NCBI GenBank assembly: GCA_037443265.1
Contig: JBBIOR010000011.1
Coordinates: 1 to 60,182, forward strand
Direction of reading: 5' to 3'
Length of the DNA: 60,182 nt
From: Candidatus Fraserbacteria bacterium
GTDB lineage: Bacteria; Bipolaricaulota; Bipolaricaulia; RBG-16-55-9
The position numbers were made by a program, and so were the translations under genes. The notes below the pieces were generated by a model that was given only the letters and a program-made list of their open reading frames with translations, was not told the DNA's origin and did no database searches. Numbering within the stretch: the first letter of the stretch is position 1; each line of letters begins with the position of its first letter. Of the stretch, positions 18,693 to 31,395 are shown in pieces.

Positions 18693-20789
18693 ATGAGGCC
18701 AGGCAGAAGAGGCCAGCGACTGCGACCCATCCTGCTGGGGCTCTTGGCCATGCTTCTGATCGCCCTTACCGGCAGCCGGGATGCGATCACCTACGGGCAA
18801 GCCATAGCCAATCTACTCGTAGAAGGCATTGAGCTTCAGCCATTGGGGTTCTTCCTGGAGTCGCCGGGGCCGCCTGTCACAATCCGGGCCACGGTCCGCA
18901 ACGACGGAACAGCCGATGCGCAGAATTTTGACGTGAGTATGCGCATCCGCCGCGAGGACGAATCCACTTTCCGCCCGGAAGAGCTCTGTCAGTTCATGGG
19001 GGCCTCCAGCAGCTGCAAGAGCTTGAGCCTGCGAGCTGGAGAATCTCAGCTGGCCATCGGGTTTTTGGCCACGAGCAACTTGAGCGTAGGGCGCTACATC
19101 ATCCGTGTATCCATCGATCTGAAGGGCCTTGCCCAGTCGAACCAGGAGGACGACTCGCAAGAGAGCCTCTTGCTCATCGGCATCCTTCTGCCAGAGTTCC
19201 ATCCCATCTCCTTGACGTTCAGTCCGCCCTCGCCGGTGCCTCAAGGAGTTCAGTTGACCGTCAAAGTGCAGATTGAGAACACCGGCCGGCCTACGAATCC
19301 CGAGCTTGAAGCCAAGTTTGAATACTGCTTGGAGAGCCCAGCTTGCATTGACTTCAGCAGTCGGGGCTTCCCTGCGGATGGCATCAAGCGCTTGACTTCC
19401 AGTCAGACCCTGCCCCTCAGCCAGGGCAGGACGCTCGAGGTCTCCAACGTGCTTGACACCACAGACCTCCAGATCGGGCGATACTCCTTCCGCGTCTCGA
19501 TCCGAGCGCTCTCTTCGTCGGGCAGCGAAGTGGACGAACTCGATCGGGCCAACAACGAGATCTCGACCCGCCTGACCGTTGCCCCACCTGGAGCGGGGGG
19601 TCTCAACACACCTCTCTGCCAACTCTCCGGGAATGTCATCACGCTGGGGCGGGGTGTGGGCACGGTGGAGAACCGCCTTGTGCCGATCATCTATGTCGGG
19701 GTGAAAGATACAGCCGGCAGAGTGAGCCTGCACGCCTTCAAGAAGACCGACGTCGATCAAGTCCAGCCGGGCTCCGTCTGCCCGGAGATCACAAACTCGC
19801 CCATGAATCTTCCAGCAGACATTACGTCCTTTGCGCTCGACCAGAAGGTGAAGCTGCTCTACATTGGGCTGGCGAACGGTCAGCTGGTGGGGGTCAACGT
19901 GGATAGCCCAGAGACGCTCGTCGCGACCTCTCCGCGCACGGTGGCCGCGGCGGCTTTGTCCTCTATGGCGGCGCGCGTAGCCGCAGCCAATATGGGAGAA
20001 GTCTTCATCGGGTCGGCGGATGGGAATCTTTATCGGGTGCGGGTCACAAAAGACGCGGCGGGCAGTCTGAGTGTGACCTCCTCGGAGATGTGTGCCCGCC
20101 TGGGAAGCCCCATAAACGCCCTGCTCCTCTTTCAGGGCAACACGTATTTTGGCACGAGCAGCGGCACGGTCTTCCGGATGCCTGAAGGATCCTGTGCGCA
20201 AAGCCAGGCTAGTTTGTTCTTCACCGCGGGTCGCGGCGTCCGAGCGCTGGCCACGCATCGGCTGGTCTTTGGCCGGATATTTGCACCTCAGATCCTAGTG
20301 GGCCTGGAAGACGGCAAGCTCCACGTGGTCAACATCTTTGGCTCGGACTACAGTGGCTCTCCGGTGGCGCTCGCGCCCGGGGCGGCGATCACGGCCCTGG
20401 CTGTCAACAAGAAGACTCGGGTGGTCTACGCTGGAACCGCCGCCGGTTCCATCCATGCACTGGATTTGAGCAGCCGGCTGCCCAGCTGCCCCAATCCCTT
20501 TGTGGTACCCACCCAGCAGGCCGTCAACGTCTTGGCGGTGGACGACGGCGGACAGGGGGATCTACCGGCCACGGGTCTCGTCTTCGCCGGCTCCGAGGAC
20601 GGCAATCTCTATGTGATGGGCTCAAGCTGCACGCGGGCGACCGATCCGCGCCCTACGCTGGGACCCATTCGCGCCCATATGATCCTCGACCCCGTGGTCG
20701 GGTTCTTCGGGGTAGAGGGAATTCAGGCGCTCTATGGGGGCGGCCAGGGACTCTTCAAGCTCACCCTCCAGCTATCTTCGATCCCCTGA
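18693..20789 (+). CDS. Exported protein: 2 CARDB-like domains plus a C-terminal WD40/PQQ-like beta-propeller
   Basis: Signal peptide, ATVRNDG and ELDRANNE repeats, then blades LYIGLANGQL, VFIGSADGNLY, YFGTSSGTVF, LVGLEDGKLH, YAGTAAGSIH, FAGSEDGNLY. Confidence 0.82.
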   Translation: MRPGRRGQRLRPILLGLLAMLLIALTGSRDAITYGQAIANLLVEGIELQPLGFFLESPGPPVTIRATVRNDGTADAQNFDVSMRIRREDESTFRPEELCQFMGASSSCKSLSLRAGESQLAIGFLATSNLSVGRYIIRVSIDLKGLAQSNQEDDSQESLLLIGILLPEFHPISLTFSPPSPVPQGVQLTVKVQIENTGRPTNPELEAKFEYCLESPACIDFSSRGFPADGIKRLTSSQTLPLSQGRTLEVSNVLDTTDLQIGRYSFRVSIRALSSSGSEVDELDRANNEISTRLTVAPPGAGGLNTPLCQLSGNVITLGRGVGTVENRLVPIIYVGVKDTAGRVSLHAFKKTDVDQVQPGSVCPEITNSPMNLPADITSFALDQKVKLLYIGLANGQLVGVNVDSPETLVATSPRTVAAAALSSMAARVAAANMGEVFIGSADGNLYRVRVTKDAAGSLSVTSSEMCARLGSPINALLLFQGNTYFGTSSGTVFRMPEGSCAQSQASLFFTAGRGVRALATHRLVFGRIFAPQILVGLEDGKLHVVNIFGSDYSGSPVALAPGAAITALAVNKKTRVVYAGTAAGSIHALDLSSRLPSCPNPFVVPTQQAVNVLAVDDGGQGDLPATGLVFAGSEDGNLYVMGSSCTRATDPRPTLGPIRAHMILDPVVGFFGVEGIQALYGGGQGLFKLTLQLSSIP

Positions 20790-20801
20790 TAGGAGCTTCC
20801 C

Positions 20802-22559
20802 ATGAATCAAAAAACACGCCGATGGCGCATGCCGCTTAAGATCGTACTCCTCCCCCTGGGCTTTGTTTTCATCTTGCTGCTCCTGGGCTCCGCTCAGCAG
20901 AGCCGGCCCGACATTCAGGTGACGACCCCGATCACGCTCGAGGCGCCCAACAGGCGCGGAGACACCATCACCGTCGAGCAAGGCGAGTCTGTGACGCTGG
21001 TGGCGACGATCTCCAATCAGGAGACCGTGCCGGTGGCGGCCGCCATTGACATCGCCTTTCAAATCCTCAGGAACGGGGAAGCAGAGCCTCGAGACTTAGG
21101 CCCTACTGAGGTGACTTGCCAGACGCTCCCTGATCCCGATGACTCTTCGCGATGTCGTCTGCCGGGGCTGGGAGCTCGGGGCGAGCCCAACGACCAATTG
21201 CAACTCAAAGCTAAGCTCAATACGGCCTCACTCAGCCCAGATCAATACACGCTGTTCGTCCTCGCAGATCTGCAGAACAGAGTGGCTGAGACCGATGAGA
21301 CAAACAACTCCGGCCAAGGGCGCCTGATCGTCAGCCCTCGGTTGCCCAATCTCACGGTACTGGCTGAGTTTGTGCTCATTCCAGAAGAGCCCCAGCAGGG
21401 AGATCTTTTGACGGTGGAGTTTGTGATTGAGAACGATCGTCGCGGGGCAGATGTGACCGTGCCGTTCAATATCAGCTTGGCTTTCCGACCCCTGGGCGAG
21501 GATGCGTTTACGCTGCTGGTTCCGCCGGCTCTTTTCTGTCCGGATTGCACGGTGGCGGGCCTGCCGGGCTTCAACCCCCAATTGCCAAAAGATCAACAAC
21601 AGAATCGCAAGAAGATCCAAGCCCGATTCACTACCCTCTTGCTCACCCCGGCTGAGTATCAGCTTCGGATCGCGGTGGACTCCGGCAACGACGTGGAAGA
21701 AGCCAACGAGAGTGATAACGTGCTCACGTTTGATTTCCGTCTGGGCGAGCCGCCGCGGAATCTCTCCCTCTCTGAGGGTCGACTGACGCCGTCTGTGCCT
21801 TCTCCAGAGAGCTTGATCTCGCTGGCCTTTGCCATTCGCAATGAGAGCATGGCGGCCGCGACCGGAGTAGATCTGAAATTTTCGCTGAGGCAGCCGGAGA
21901 CGGGGACAGTCTTTAATATGCGAGATCTGCCGGGTTTTGCCTGCGCCCCGGCCGGAGCTTTAGAGCCCAACAAGGACAAATGCGCCGCTTTGACGATCGG
22001 GGCCAACGGGTCTCTGGAGATCAGAGCGCAGTTCTCCGCGGCGAATTTAGCCTTGGGCCGCTATGAACTTGAGATTACCGTCGATCCACCGGGTCCTGAG
22101 ACGCCCCGTGGGAAGATCGCGGAGATCAACGAAGGGGACAACACATTGCTCCTCCCCTTCACGTTGGTGGAGCCCGGCCAGGTCGTCCCGCAGACCGGAC
22201 CTGAGCTACATCCGACTGGCCTCTCGTTGGTCCCCAGCTCGCCGATCGTCCAGGGCCAAAAGGTGCTCGTAAGCGCAATAATTGCCAACAGTGGCAATCA
22301 AGACGCAGGGGAATTTCTCGTGGAGTTCTTCATCCGCCGCGAGGACGTCGAGCAGCCGCAGAGCTTTACGCTCTTTGGCCGGCAGACCATCGCCGGCCTA
22401 AGGGTGGGCAAGACGATCGAAGCGAGAAGAATTCTGGAGACGGCCGGCCTGGAGCCCGGCCTTTACGCCGTCAAGGTCGTGGTAAACTCCCTGGGGCAAG
22501 CGGAACTCGACAGAAACAACAACACGATCATTGCGTTTCTCACTGTTTTGAAGCCTTAA
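20802..22559 (+). CDS. Exported protein with 4 CARDB-like domains
   Basis: Signal peptide, repeats ending ETDETNN, EEANESDN, EINEGDN and ELDRNNN. Confidence 0.85.
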   Translation: MNQKTRRWRMPLKIVLLPLGFVFILLLLGSAQQSRPDIQVTTPITLEAPNRRGDTITVEQGESVTLVATISNQETVPVAAAIDIAFQILRNGEAEPRDLGPTEVTCQTLPDPDDSSRCRLPGLGARGEPNDQLQLKAKLNTASLSPDQYTLFVLADLQNRVAETDETNNSGQGRLIVSPRLPNLTVLAEFVLIPEEPQQGDLLTVEFVIENDRRGADVTVPFNISLAFRPLGEDAFTLLVPPALFCPDCTVAGLPGFNPQLPKDQQQNRKKIQARFTTLLLTPAEYQLRIAVDSGNDVEEANESDNVLTFDFRLGEPPRNLSLSEGRLTPSVPSPESLISLAFAIRNESMAAATGVDLKFSLRQPETGTVFNMRDLPGFACAPAGALEPNKDKCAALTIGANGSLEIRAQFSAANLALGRYELEITVDPPGPETPRGKIAEINEGDNTLLLPFTLVEPGQVVPQTGPELHPTGLSLVPSSPIVQGQKVLVSAIIANSGNQDAGEFLVEFFIRREDVEQPQSFTLFGRQTIAGLRVGKTIEARRILETAGLEPGLYAVKVVVNSLGQAELDRNNNTIIAFLTVLKP

Positions 22560-23926
22560 AGAGCTGAAACGAGCCGGTCCAGCTCCATGCCCCGCGAGCC
22601 CTTGATGAGAATCAAATTCCGATCATCTACAAGCTCCTTCCACAGCAGCGCTTTGAGCTCGGTTAAGCTGCGGGCGCTCAGCGCTCGAGAAGCTCCCCAG
22701 CCGGGTCTTTTTGCGAGCGCTAAGGCTGCCTCCTTGGCCAGCTCGCCCACGGTGAAGACTCGATCTAGGCCCAACTCATCGATCAGCCCTGCCAGTTCAC
22801 GATGGAGTTCCTTCGCAAAACTCCCCAACTCGAGCATGTCTCCTAAGACGAAGATCTTTCGATGGGGCACGCGCAGGCGTGCGAGCGCCCAAAGGGCCTC
22901 CTTAGTGGATGCCGGATTTGCGTTGTAGCTATCATCGAGGATGAGGCCAAAGCGCTGCGAGCGCTTAAGCTCCATACGATGAGAAATGGCTTTGAATTCT
23001 GAAAGGGCGCGCTGAATCTCCCTGACAGGCACATCCAGCTCAAAGGCCACGGAAGAAGCGGCCAGGGCATTATAGACATTCATTCGGCCCAGAAGATGCA
23101 TCCGCACGTCAAAGCGCTCTCCCCGGGCAGAGATCTCAAACGCCAGCCCCTCGAGAGAGTCGTCGCGGATGTTCTTTGCTCTTATGCTGGCTCGCTCGTC
23201 TTCGATCCCGAAGCCGATGACTCGTACGGGCAGCCGCTCGGCCCACGAAGCCAGATGCGGCGCATCGAAGTTGAGGGCGGCCACGCCCTCCGTCGACAAG
23301 CTTTCTATCAGTTCCCACTTGGCGCGCGCTAAGGCCTCTCGGCTTGGGAAGAAGCCCAGATGGGCATCTCCCACAGAGGTGAGGACGCCGATCGTGGGCC
23401 GGGCCAGCTCACTGAGAATCTTTAGATCCCCGGGCCGCTGCAGCCCCAGCTCGAAGATCCCCACCTCGGCATCGGGCGGCATGTTAAGAAGAGCCAGCGG
23501 CAATCCGATCTCCGTGTTGTAGTTGCCCGGCGAGCGATACGCTCTATATCTTCTGCTCAAGAGGGCATAGAGCAGCTCTTTGGTCGTGGTCTTCCCTGAG
23601 CTGCCCGTGATCCCCACGATGGGAATGCTCAGCTGCTTCCGACGGGCTGCGGCCAGCTGCTGGAGCGCTCGGGTCGTATCGGGTACCTGAATGCAATTGT
23701 AAAATCTTTCGGAGGGGATTTTGGAGACAATGGCCCCGCTGGCCCCCCGTCGGAAGGCCTCTTCCAAGAAGAGATGGCCATCTGTCCGCTGGCCCGGCAA
23801 CGCGACGAAGAACTCTCCGGCTCGAAGAAGCCGGCTGTCAATAGAGACGCCCGAGATCTCGCGCGCCGGATCCGGCCGATGAACCCGGCCACCGACCACC
23901 TGGGCAATCCAGTCGAGGCTCAGCAC
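22556..23926 (-). CDS. murF: UDP-MurNAc-tripeptide:D-Ala-D-Ala ligase
   Basis: ITGSSGKTTTKE, NYNTEIGLP, DDSYNANP, LGDMLELG and KGSRG motifs. Confidence 0.96.
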   Translation of the reverse strand: MLSLDWIAQVVGGRVHRPDPAREISGVSIDSRLLRAGEFFVALPGQRTDGHLFLEEAFRRGASGAIVSKIPSERFYNCIQVPDTTRALQQLAAARRKQLSIPIVGITGSSGKTTTKELLYALLSRRYRAYRSPGNYNTEIGLPLALLNMPPDAEVGIFELGLQRPGDLKILSELARPTIGVLTSVGDAHLGFFPSREALARAKWELIESLSTEGVAALNFDAPHLASWAERLPVRVIGFGIEDERASIRAKNIRDDSLEGLAFEISARGERFDVRMHLLGRMNVYNALAASSVAFELDVPVREIQRALSEFKAISHRMELKRSQRFGLILDDSYNANPASTKEALWALARLRVPHRKIFVLGDMLELGSFAKELHRELAGLIDELGLDRVFTVGELAKEAALALAKRPGWGASRALSARSLTELKALLWKELVDDRNLILIKGSRGMELDRLVSAL

Positions 23927-23927
23927 T

Positions 23928-25883
23928 TTAGCAGTAGAAGAGCTGAGGACACTTCTTCTCCGGCTCCTGCGGCGGCTCTTGCTTCTGCTCCTCTTTGGAC
24001 TTCTCCGGCATCTGGATCTTGATGGTAGTGCGTCCTTCGCCTGTCACGACCCAATCGCCGAGCTTCTGGATGTCCTGGAAGGGTTTAGATTCCTCATCCT
24101 CACCGGTCTCCTGGGGCAGGCCCAGAAGCTCCACCGTGAGCTGGTCGTTGGTGGTGGAGCGCTCAAGCGCTTGAATGAGTTGATCGAGGCTGTCTACCTG
24201 GGGCAGCGGCTGTTGGTTGTTCTGCTGGCGGCGCGGCCCGCCAAAGACGTACAGCGTCAAGCTCCTCACTTTGAGGTCCTTAGGGAGGGTGAAGCTGCCG
24301 GTAGCCAGCCGCTCGGAGCCGCGATAGGGCTTGAGCTGCACCGTGTAGCGGACCGTCTCTCCCGCCTGATAGACCTCTTTATCTGTCTGGATGGCCTTCA
24401 CTTGGAGGAGCCGAATGGCATCGGTGGTGGTGATCTCCACATCGATGCGCTCCAGGCCGGGGTCTGTGAACTCGTTCTGGGTGAGGAAGAAGACGACTTG
24501 GGCTATTTGTAAGGGGCCGAAGAGGGCGATGTCGCTAAAGTGTGTAAACACATCGGAGCGCGCGAGCCTCTTGGGTAGCTCCGTGCCGCGGATGGTGTAC
24601 TCAATTCTCATCGTTCCTGGGCCAATGCGATTCATGGTGGTGTCCACGGCCTCGAGGAGCGACGCGAAGACCAAGGAGGGCACAAACGTGCTGGCTGGAG
24701 CGATAGTGACGCTGAAATCCCGATCCTTCCCGGTGCTTAGATCCTTCAAGTGGGCCACGAGTCTGACCGCGGGCAGCTGATAAGAGAGCGCAGCTCCAAT
24801 GGCCTGAGTACGATCTTGGAGCACGGCTCCGACCACTTCAGTCCGATCGACCTGGGGGAGCACAAACGAGATGGGCGCGCTGTTGACGGTGTCGATCACT
24901 CTCGCCTTAGCCAAAAACAGGCGGGCATCCCCCGTGAGGAACAAGGGGTGTCCGCAGGCCAGGAGCACGCGGGTTTGAGGATCGATGTACGTGGTCGTGC
25001 AGACGCCTCCAAAGAGCACATCCCCTGTGGTGAGTAGAGCCGCCATGGGCCGACCCGGCTCAAATTCTTCTGAAAACTCCCCGACTTGAGTGTCAGCGGA
25101 AGATGTGGGGTAGATCGTCACCCCATAGCGCTCTTCAAAGCCCCATTGCAATTCATCGAGGAACTGCTGGCTGAAAGAGGCCCCAGGCAGCAGCCCGCTG
25201 GCGAATCGGGCCAGAGCTTGAGAGGCTATGCCCCTCTTGAGCCAGTCGAGCGCACGGCCGCTGAGTCCACTGGCCCAGAGTGGAGCCCCTGTCCGGACCG
25301 CATAGAGGGTATCGGGGTTGGCCCGGCGCTCCGCGAAGCTGGGAGGAGACGAGACGAACTGGACGTCCTTGGGAGGGCCATTCTCCAGCCTGACCCGTCG
25401 GAGAACATGCTCGATCGGCTGGAGAGATTCTTGAGAATTTTGGCTTTGGGCACCCACGGCCTTTCGGATCGGCTCCACCAACTGGAGGACCGTCTCAATG
25501 GGGCGCACCAGTCCAATGGGATTGGGGCTCTCATCATACAGGAAGGCCGCGAAGAAGGCCCCCACGAGGCGATCGTTGATGTAGATGGGGCTGCCGCTCA
25601 TCCCCTGGGCATATCCGCCGGCCTCGCGAATGAGATCGCCGCTGGAGCGGACTAGAATATAATCGTTCAGCTCGCCGGGGTTGTCGATGAGCCCGATGAT
25701 GCGCGTCTGAAAGATCCGAATTTCATCTCCGCCGATGGTCGTCTTGCCGATCCCTTCCATGCCGACCCGCAGATCCTTCATGAAGAGAAAGGGCGAGGGG
25801 CTCAGTTGGGCGGACGTCGGCAGGACAGCCAAGCCCACAAACAATAGGAGCAGACCCAACACCGAGATTTTGGCGACCTTCAT
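23928..25883 (-). CDS. Exported SpoIVB-like (S55) serine peptidase
   Basis: Signal peptide, AQGMSGSPIY catalytic-Ser motif, ACGHP. SD GGAGGAGG. Confidence 0.8.
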   Translation of the reverse strand: MKVAKISVLGLLLLFVGLAVLPTSAQLSPSPFLFMKDLRVGMEGIGKTTIGGDEIRIFQTRIIGLIDNPGELNDYILVRSSGDLIREAGGYAQGMSGSPIYINDRLVGAFFAAFLYDESPNPIGLVRPIETVLQLVEPIRKAVGAQSQNSQESLQPIEHVLRRVRLENGPPKDVQFVSSPPSFAERRANPDTLYAVRTGAPLWASGLSGRALDWLKRGIASQALARFASGLLPGASFSQQFLDELQWGFEERYGVTIYPTSSADTQVGEFSEEFEPGRPMAALLTTGDVLFGGVCTTTYIDPQTRVLLACGHPLFLTGDARLFLAKARVIDTVNSAPISFVLPQVDRTEVVGAVLQDRTQAIGAALSYQLPAVRLVAHLKDLSTGKDRDFSVTIAPASTFVPSLVFASLLEAVDTTMNRIGPGTMRIEYTIRGTELPKRLARSDVFTHFSDIALFGPLQIAQVVFFLTQNEFTDPGLERIDVEITTTDAIRLLQVKAIQTDKEVYQAGETVRYTVQLKPYRGSERLATGSFTLPKDLKVRSLTLYVFGGPRRQQNNQQPLPQVDSLDQLIQALERSTTNDQLTVELLGLPQETGEDEESKPFQDIQKLGDWVVTGEGRTTIKIQMPEKSKEEQKQEPPQEPEKKCPQLFYC

Positions 25884-25917
25884 GCTCGATGACCTCCTCC
25901 AATTTCGTTCGAAAAGA

Positions 25918-27036
25918 TCAGGCCACAAGACGGGCGATCTCCTCCGCTCCCTCCTCCATGCCGGAAACGGCTGTGATCCCGGTGATTTGCCCTAGCAGTT
26001 TGCGGCCTTCGGCCTCATTCGTACCCACGAGGCGGACTACCATCGGGATGCGCACATGGAGCGTCTTCTTGGCCTCGATGATCCCTTGGGCCACGAGATC
26101 GCAGCGGGTGATCCCCCCAAAGATATTGATGAAGACCCCACGGACTTTAGAGTCGCTCAGCACCAGCTCGAGGGCTCTCTTCATCTGTTCGGCCGAGGCT
26201 CCGCCGCCGATATCTAGAAAGTTGGCTGGCCGGCCACCCTTCAGCCTCACCAGGTCCAGGGTGGCCATCACGAGTCCGGCGCCGTTGCCGATGATCCCAA
26301 TCTCCCCGTCGAGTTTGACATATTGTAGATCGTACTTTTGGGCCGCGCGCTCGAGTGGATCTTGCGGCTCCCCGCCGGGGATCTGGGCGGGCAGATCGTC
26401 ATCATCTAAGATGAACTTCGCATCCAGCGCCCAGATCTGCCCCTTGGGAGTCACAGCCAACGGGTTGATCTCCACCAGATGCGCTCGATATTCCGTAAAA
26501 GCGCGATAGAGCTTCTGGGTGATGTCGAGGAGGGCCCCGATCTCTTCCTTGGGGACTTGGGCTTGGAAGAGCAGGTGGCGGCTCTGATAATCGTGCAGGC
26601 CCTCGAGGGGAGAGATGTGGCACCTGTGGATGCTCTGGGGGGAAGATCTGGCGATCTCTTCGATGTCCACGCCCCCTTGGGTGGAGAAGATGAGCACGGG
26701 GCGTCGGGCGGCGCGATCGATGGTAAGGCCCAGATAGTATTCGTGCTTGATCTCGACGGCCTGAGTGACGAGCACGCTCCGCACGGGCTCGCCCTGGATG
26801 CTCATCCCCAAGATTCTCTTAGTGTGGCTTTCGGCCTCTTCGGGGGTTTGGGCGATCTGGATGCCGCCGGCCTTGCCTCGGCCTCCAGCGGCCACTTGGG
26901 CCTTGATCACAACCGGCAAAGAGAGAGCGCGCGCGATCTTCTTGGCTTCTTCAGGGGAAGAAGCCAGCTGCCCCACAGGGACAGGAAGGCCCACGCGCCG
27001 AAAGAGTTCTCTGCCTTGGTATTCGAGCAGCTTCAA
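25918..27036 (-). CDS. sucC: Succinyl-CoA ligase beta subunit (or a related acyl-CoA ligase beta subunit)
   Basis: KAQV..GGRGKAGG, EINPL, GNGAGLVMAT, PANFLDIGGGA and NIFGGITRCD motifs. Confidence 0.9.
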   Translation of the reverse strand: MKLLEYQGRELFRRVGLPVPVGQLASSPEEAKKIARALSLPVVIKAQVAAGGRGKAGGIQIAQTPEEAESHTKRILGMSIQGEPVRSVLVTQAVEIKHEYYLGLTIDRAARRPVLIFSTQGGVDIEEIARSSPQSIHRCHISPLEGLHDYQSRHLLFQAQVPKEEIGALLDITQKLYRAFTEYRAHLVEINPLAVTPKGQIWALDAKFILDDDDLPAQIPGGEPQDPLERAAQKYDLQYVKLDGEIGIIGNGAGLVMATLDLVRLKGGRPANFLDIGGGASAEQMKRALELVLSDSKVRGVFINIFGGITRCDLVAQGIIEAKKTLHVRIPMVVRLVGTNEAEGRKLLGQITGITAVSGMEEGAEEIARLVA

Positions 27037-27060
27037 GGTCGGCCGCGCTCCATTTGTGGT

Positions 27061-27357
27061 TCAGGCTTTCGGCTCCACTTTGGACTTGTCCGGCTCTGCT
27101 TTCCCTGCGGCCGTAGGAGATGAGCCCTGGGTCTGGCCCTGCGCATCTTCTTTCTCAGCTTCGAGCTCCACATCGCGCTTGAGTTTATTGGCCTCCTCTT
27201 TAAAGGCGCGCAGGGCCTGGCCCATCGAGCGGGCCACCTCGGGAAGCTTCTTGCCTCCAAAGAGCAAAAGCACGATCGCGAAGATCACCAGAAGTTCCCC
27301 GGCTCCAATCCCTGGCAAGAACGCATAGACCAGCTTGGCTTCTGCTAGCATGCCCAT
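27061..27357 (-). CDS. tatA: Twin-arginine translocase subunit TatA/E
   Basis: IG..ELLVI..IVLLLFGGKKLPEVARSMGQALRAFK. Confidence 0.92.
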   Translation of the reverse strand: MGMLAEAKLVYAFLPGIGAGELLVIFAIVLLLFGGKKLPEVARSMGQALRAFKEEANKLKRDVELEAEKEDAQGQTQGSSPTAAGKAEPDKSKVEPKA

Positions 27358-27396
27358 CCCTCCAGGGCCTCACTCTACCATAAAGACCTGGGTCTG

Positions 27397-30245
<2,849 letters not shown>

Positions 30246-30345
30246 CTGCCCCAAAAGAGGCGCCACAGCAGGTGATCAGAGAGAAGCTCTAACTCGACAT
30301 CCGTCCTTTCCGCCGACATGGCCGATGGAGTAGACATGATCTGCC

Positions 30346-31395
30346 ATGTCTGCTCGAAAGCTCCACGTGGTGGTCTTGATGGGCGGCCCCTCGGCTGAGC
30401 ATGAGGTCTCTCTGGCCAGTGGAAGAGTGATCATCGAGCATCTCAATCCCAGTAAGTATGAGATTCAGCCGATGGCCATCGGCCGATCTCCAGCGCTTCT
30501 GGCTTCTGACAAAGAGGGTGGCGATCGCTCTCTGCAGGCTCTGCCCGTCAGTGTGGCTCTCAAGCAAGCGAAAGAGGGCCAGATCGACGTCGTCTTCATC
30601 GCCCTGCACGGCGAATTCGGCGAAGACGGTCGGCTTCAGGGCCTGCTCGATCTTCTAGGGATTCCCTACACGGGCTCCGGCGTGCTGGCTTCCAGCTTGG
30701 CTATGGACAAGGTCAAATCTGCTGAACTCTTTCGAGCCCATGGGCTTCTGGTCCCGCCCTACACGCATTTCTGGCGCTGGGAGTGGGAAGAGCGCCCAGA
30801 GATCATCCTGGCGTTTCTGACGCAAGCTCTTCCCTTCCCCTGGGTGGTCAAGCCGGCGGATCGGGGATCGAGCGTCGGAGTAAGCATCGCCTCTACCCAA
30901 GAGAGGCTGGGCTCTGCTATTGAGGAGGCCTTCGAGCACTCAGAGCATGTCATGGTCCAGCAACATATCTCCGGCGTTGAGGTGACCTGCGCCGTCTTGC
31001 ATGAAGACCCGCGGTGCGAGCCGTGGCCGTTGCCTCCGACTCAGATCCTCCCCAAATCGAAAGCTTTTTTTGATTATGATGCGAAATATACGCCCGGGAC
31101 TACAGAAGAGATCACGCCGCCTCGCCTGCCCCAGGCCCTCATTGCGCGCATCCAGGCCCTGGCCGTCAAGGCCCATAAGATTCTTGATTGCTACGGCATG
31201 TCGCGCACGGACATGATCGTGCAGGGTGAAAGCCTTTACATTTTGGAGACGAACACCATCCCCGGCATGACGGAGACGAGCCTCTATCCCCAAGCGGCCA
31301 AGGCCATCGGGCTGGAGTTGGGAGACCTCTTAGATCGCTTGATCGCTGCCGCGCTGCGACGACATGGATTCCGCAACAGATCAAATCTATCATGA
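30346..31395 (+). CDS. ddl: D-alanine--D-alanine ligase
   Basis: GGPSAEHEVS, LHGEFGEDG, GSSVG, DYDAKY and ETNTIPGMT motifs. Confidence 0.96.
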   Translation: MSARKLHVVVLMGGPSAEHEVSLASGRVIIEHLNPSKYEIQPMAIGRSPALLASDKEGGDRSLQALPVSVALKQAKEGQIDVVFIALHGEFGEDGRLQGLLDLLGIPYTGSGVLASSLAMDKVKSAELFRAHGLLVPPYTHFWRWEWEERPEIILAFLTQALPFPWVVKPADRGSSVGVSIASTQERLGSAIEEAFEHSEHVMVQQHISGVEVTCAVLHEDPRCEPWPLPPTQILPKSKAFFDYDAKYTPGTTEEITPPRLPQALIARIQALAVKAHKILDCYGMSRTDMIVQGESLYILETNTIPGMTETSLYPQAAKAIGLELGDLLDRLIAAALRRHGFRNRSNLS

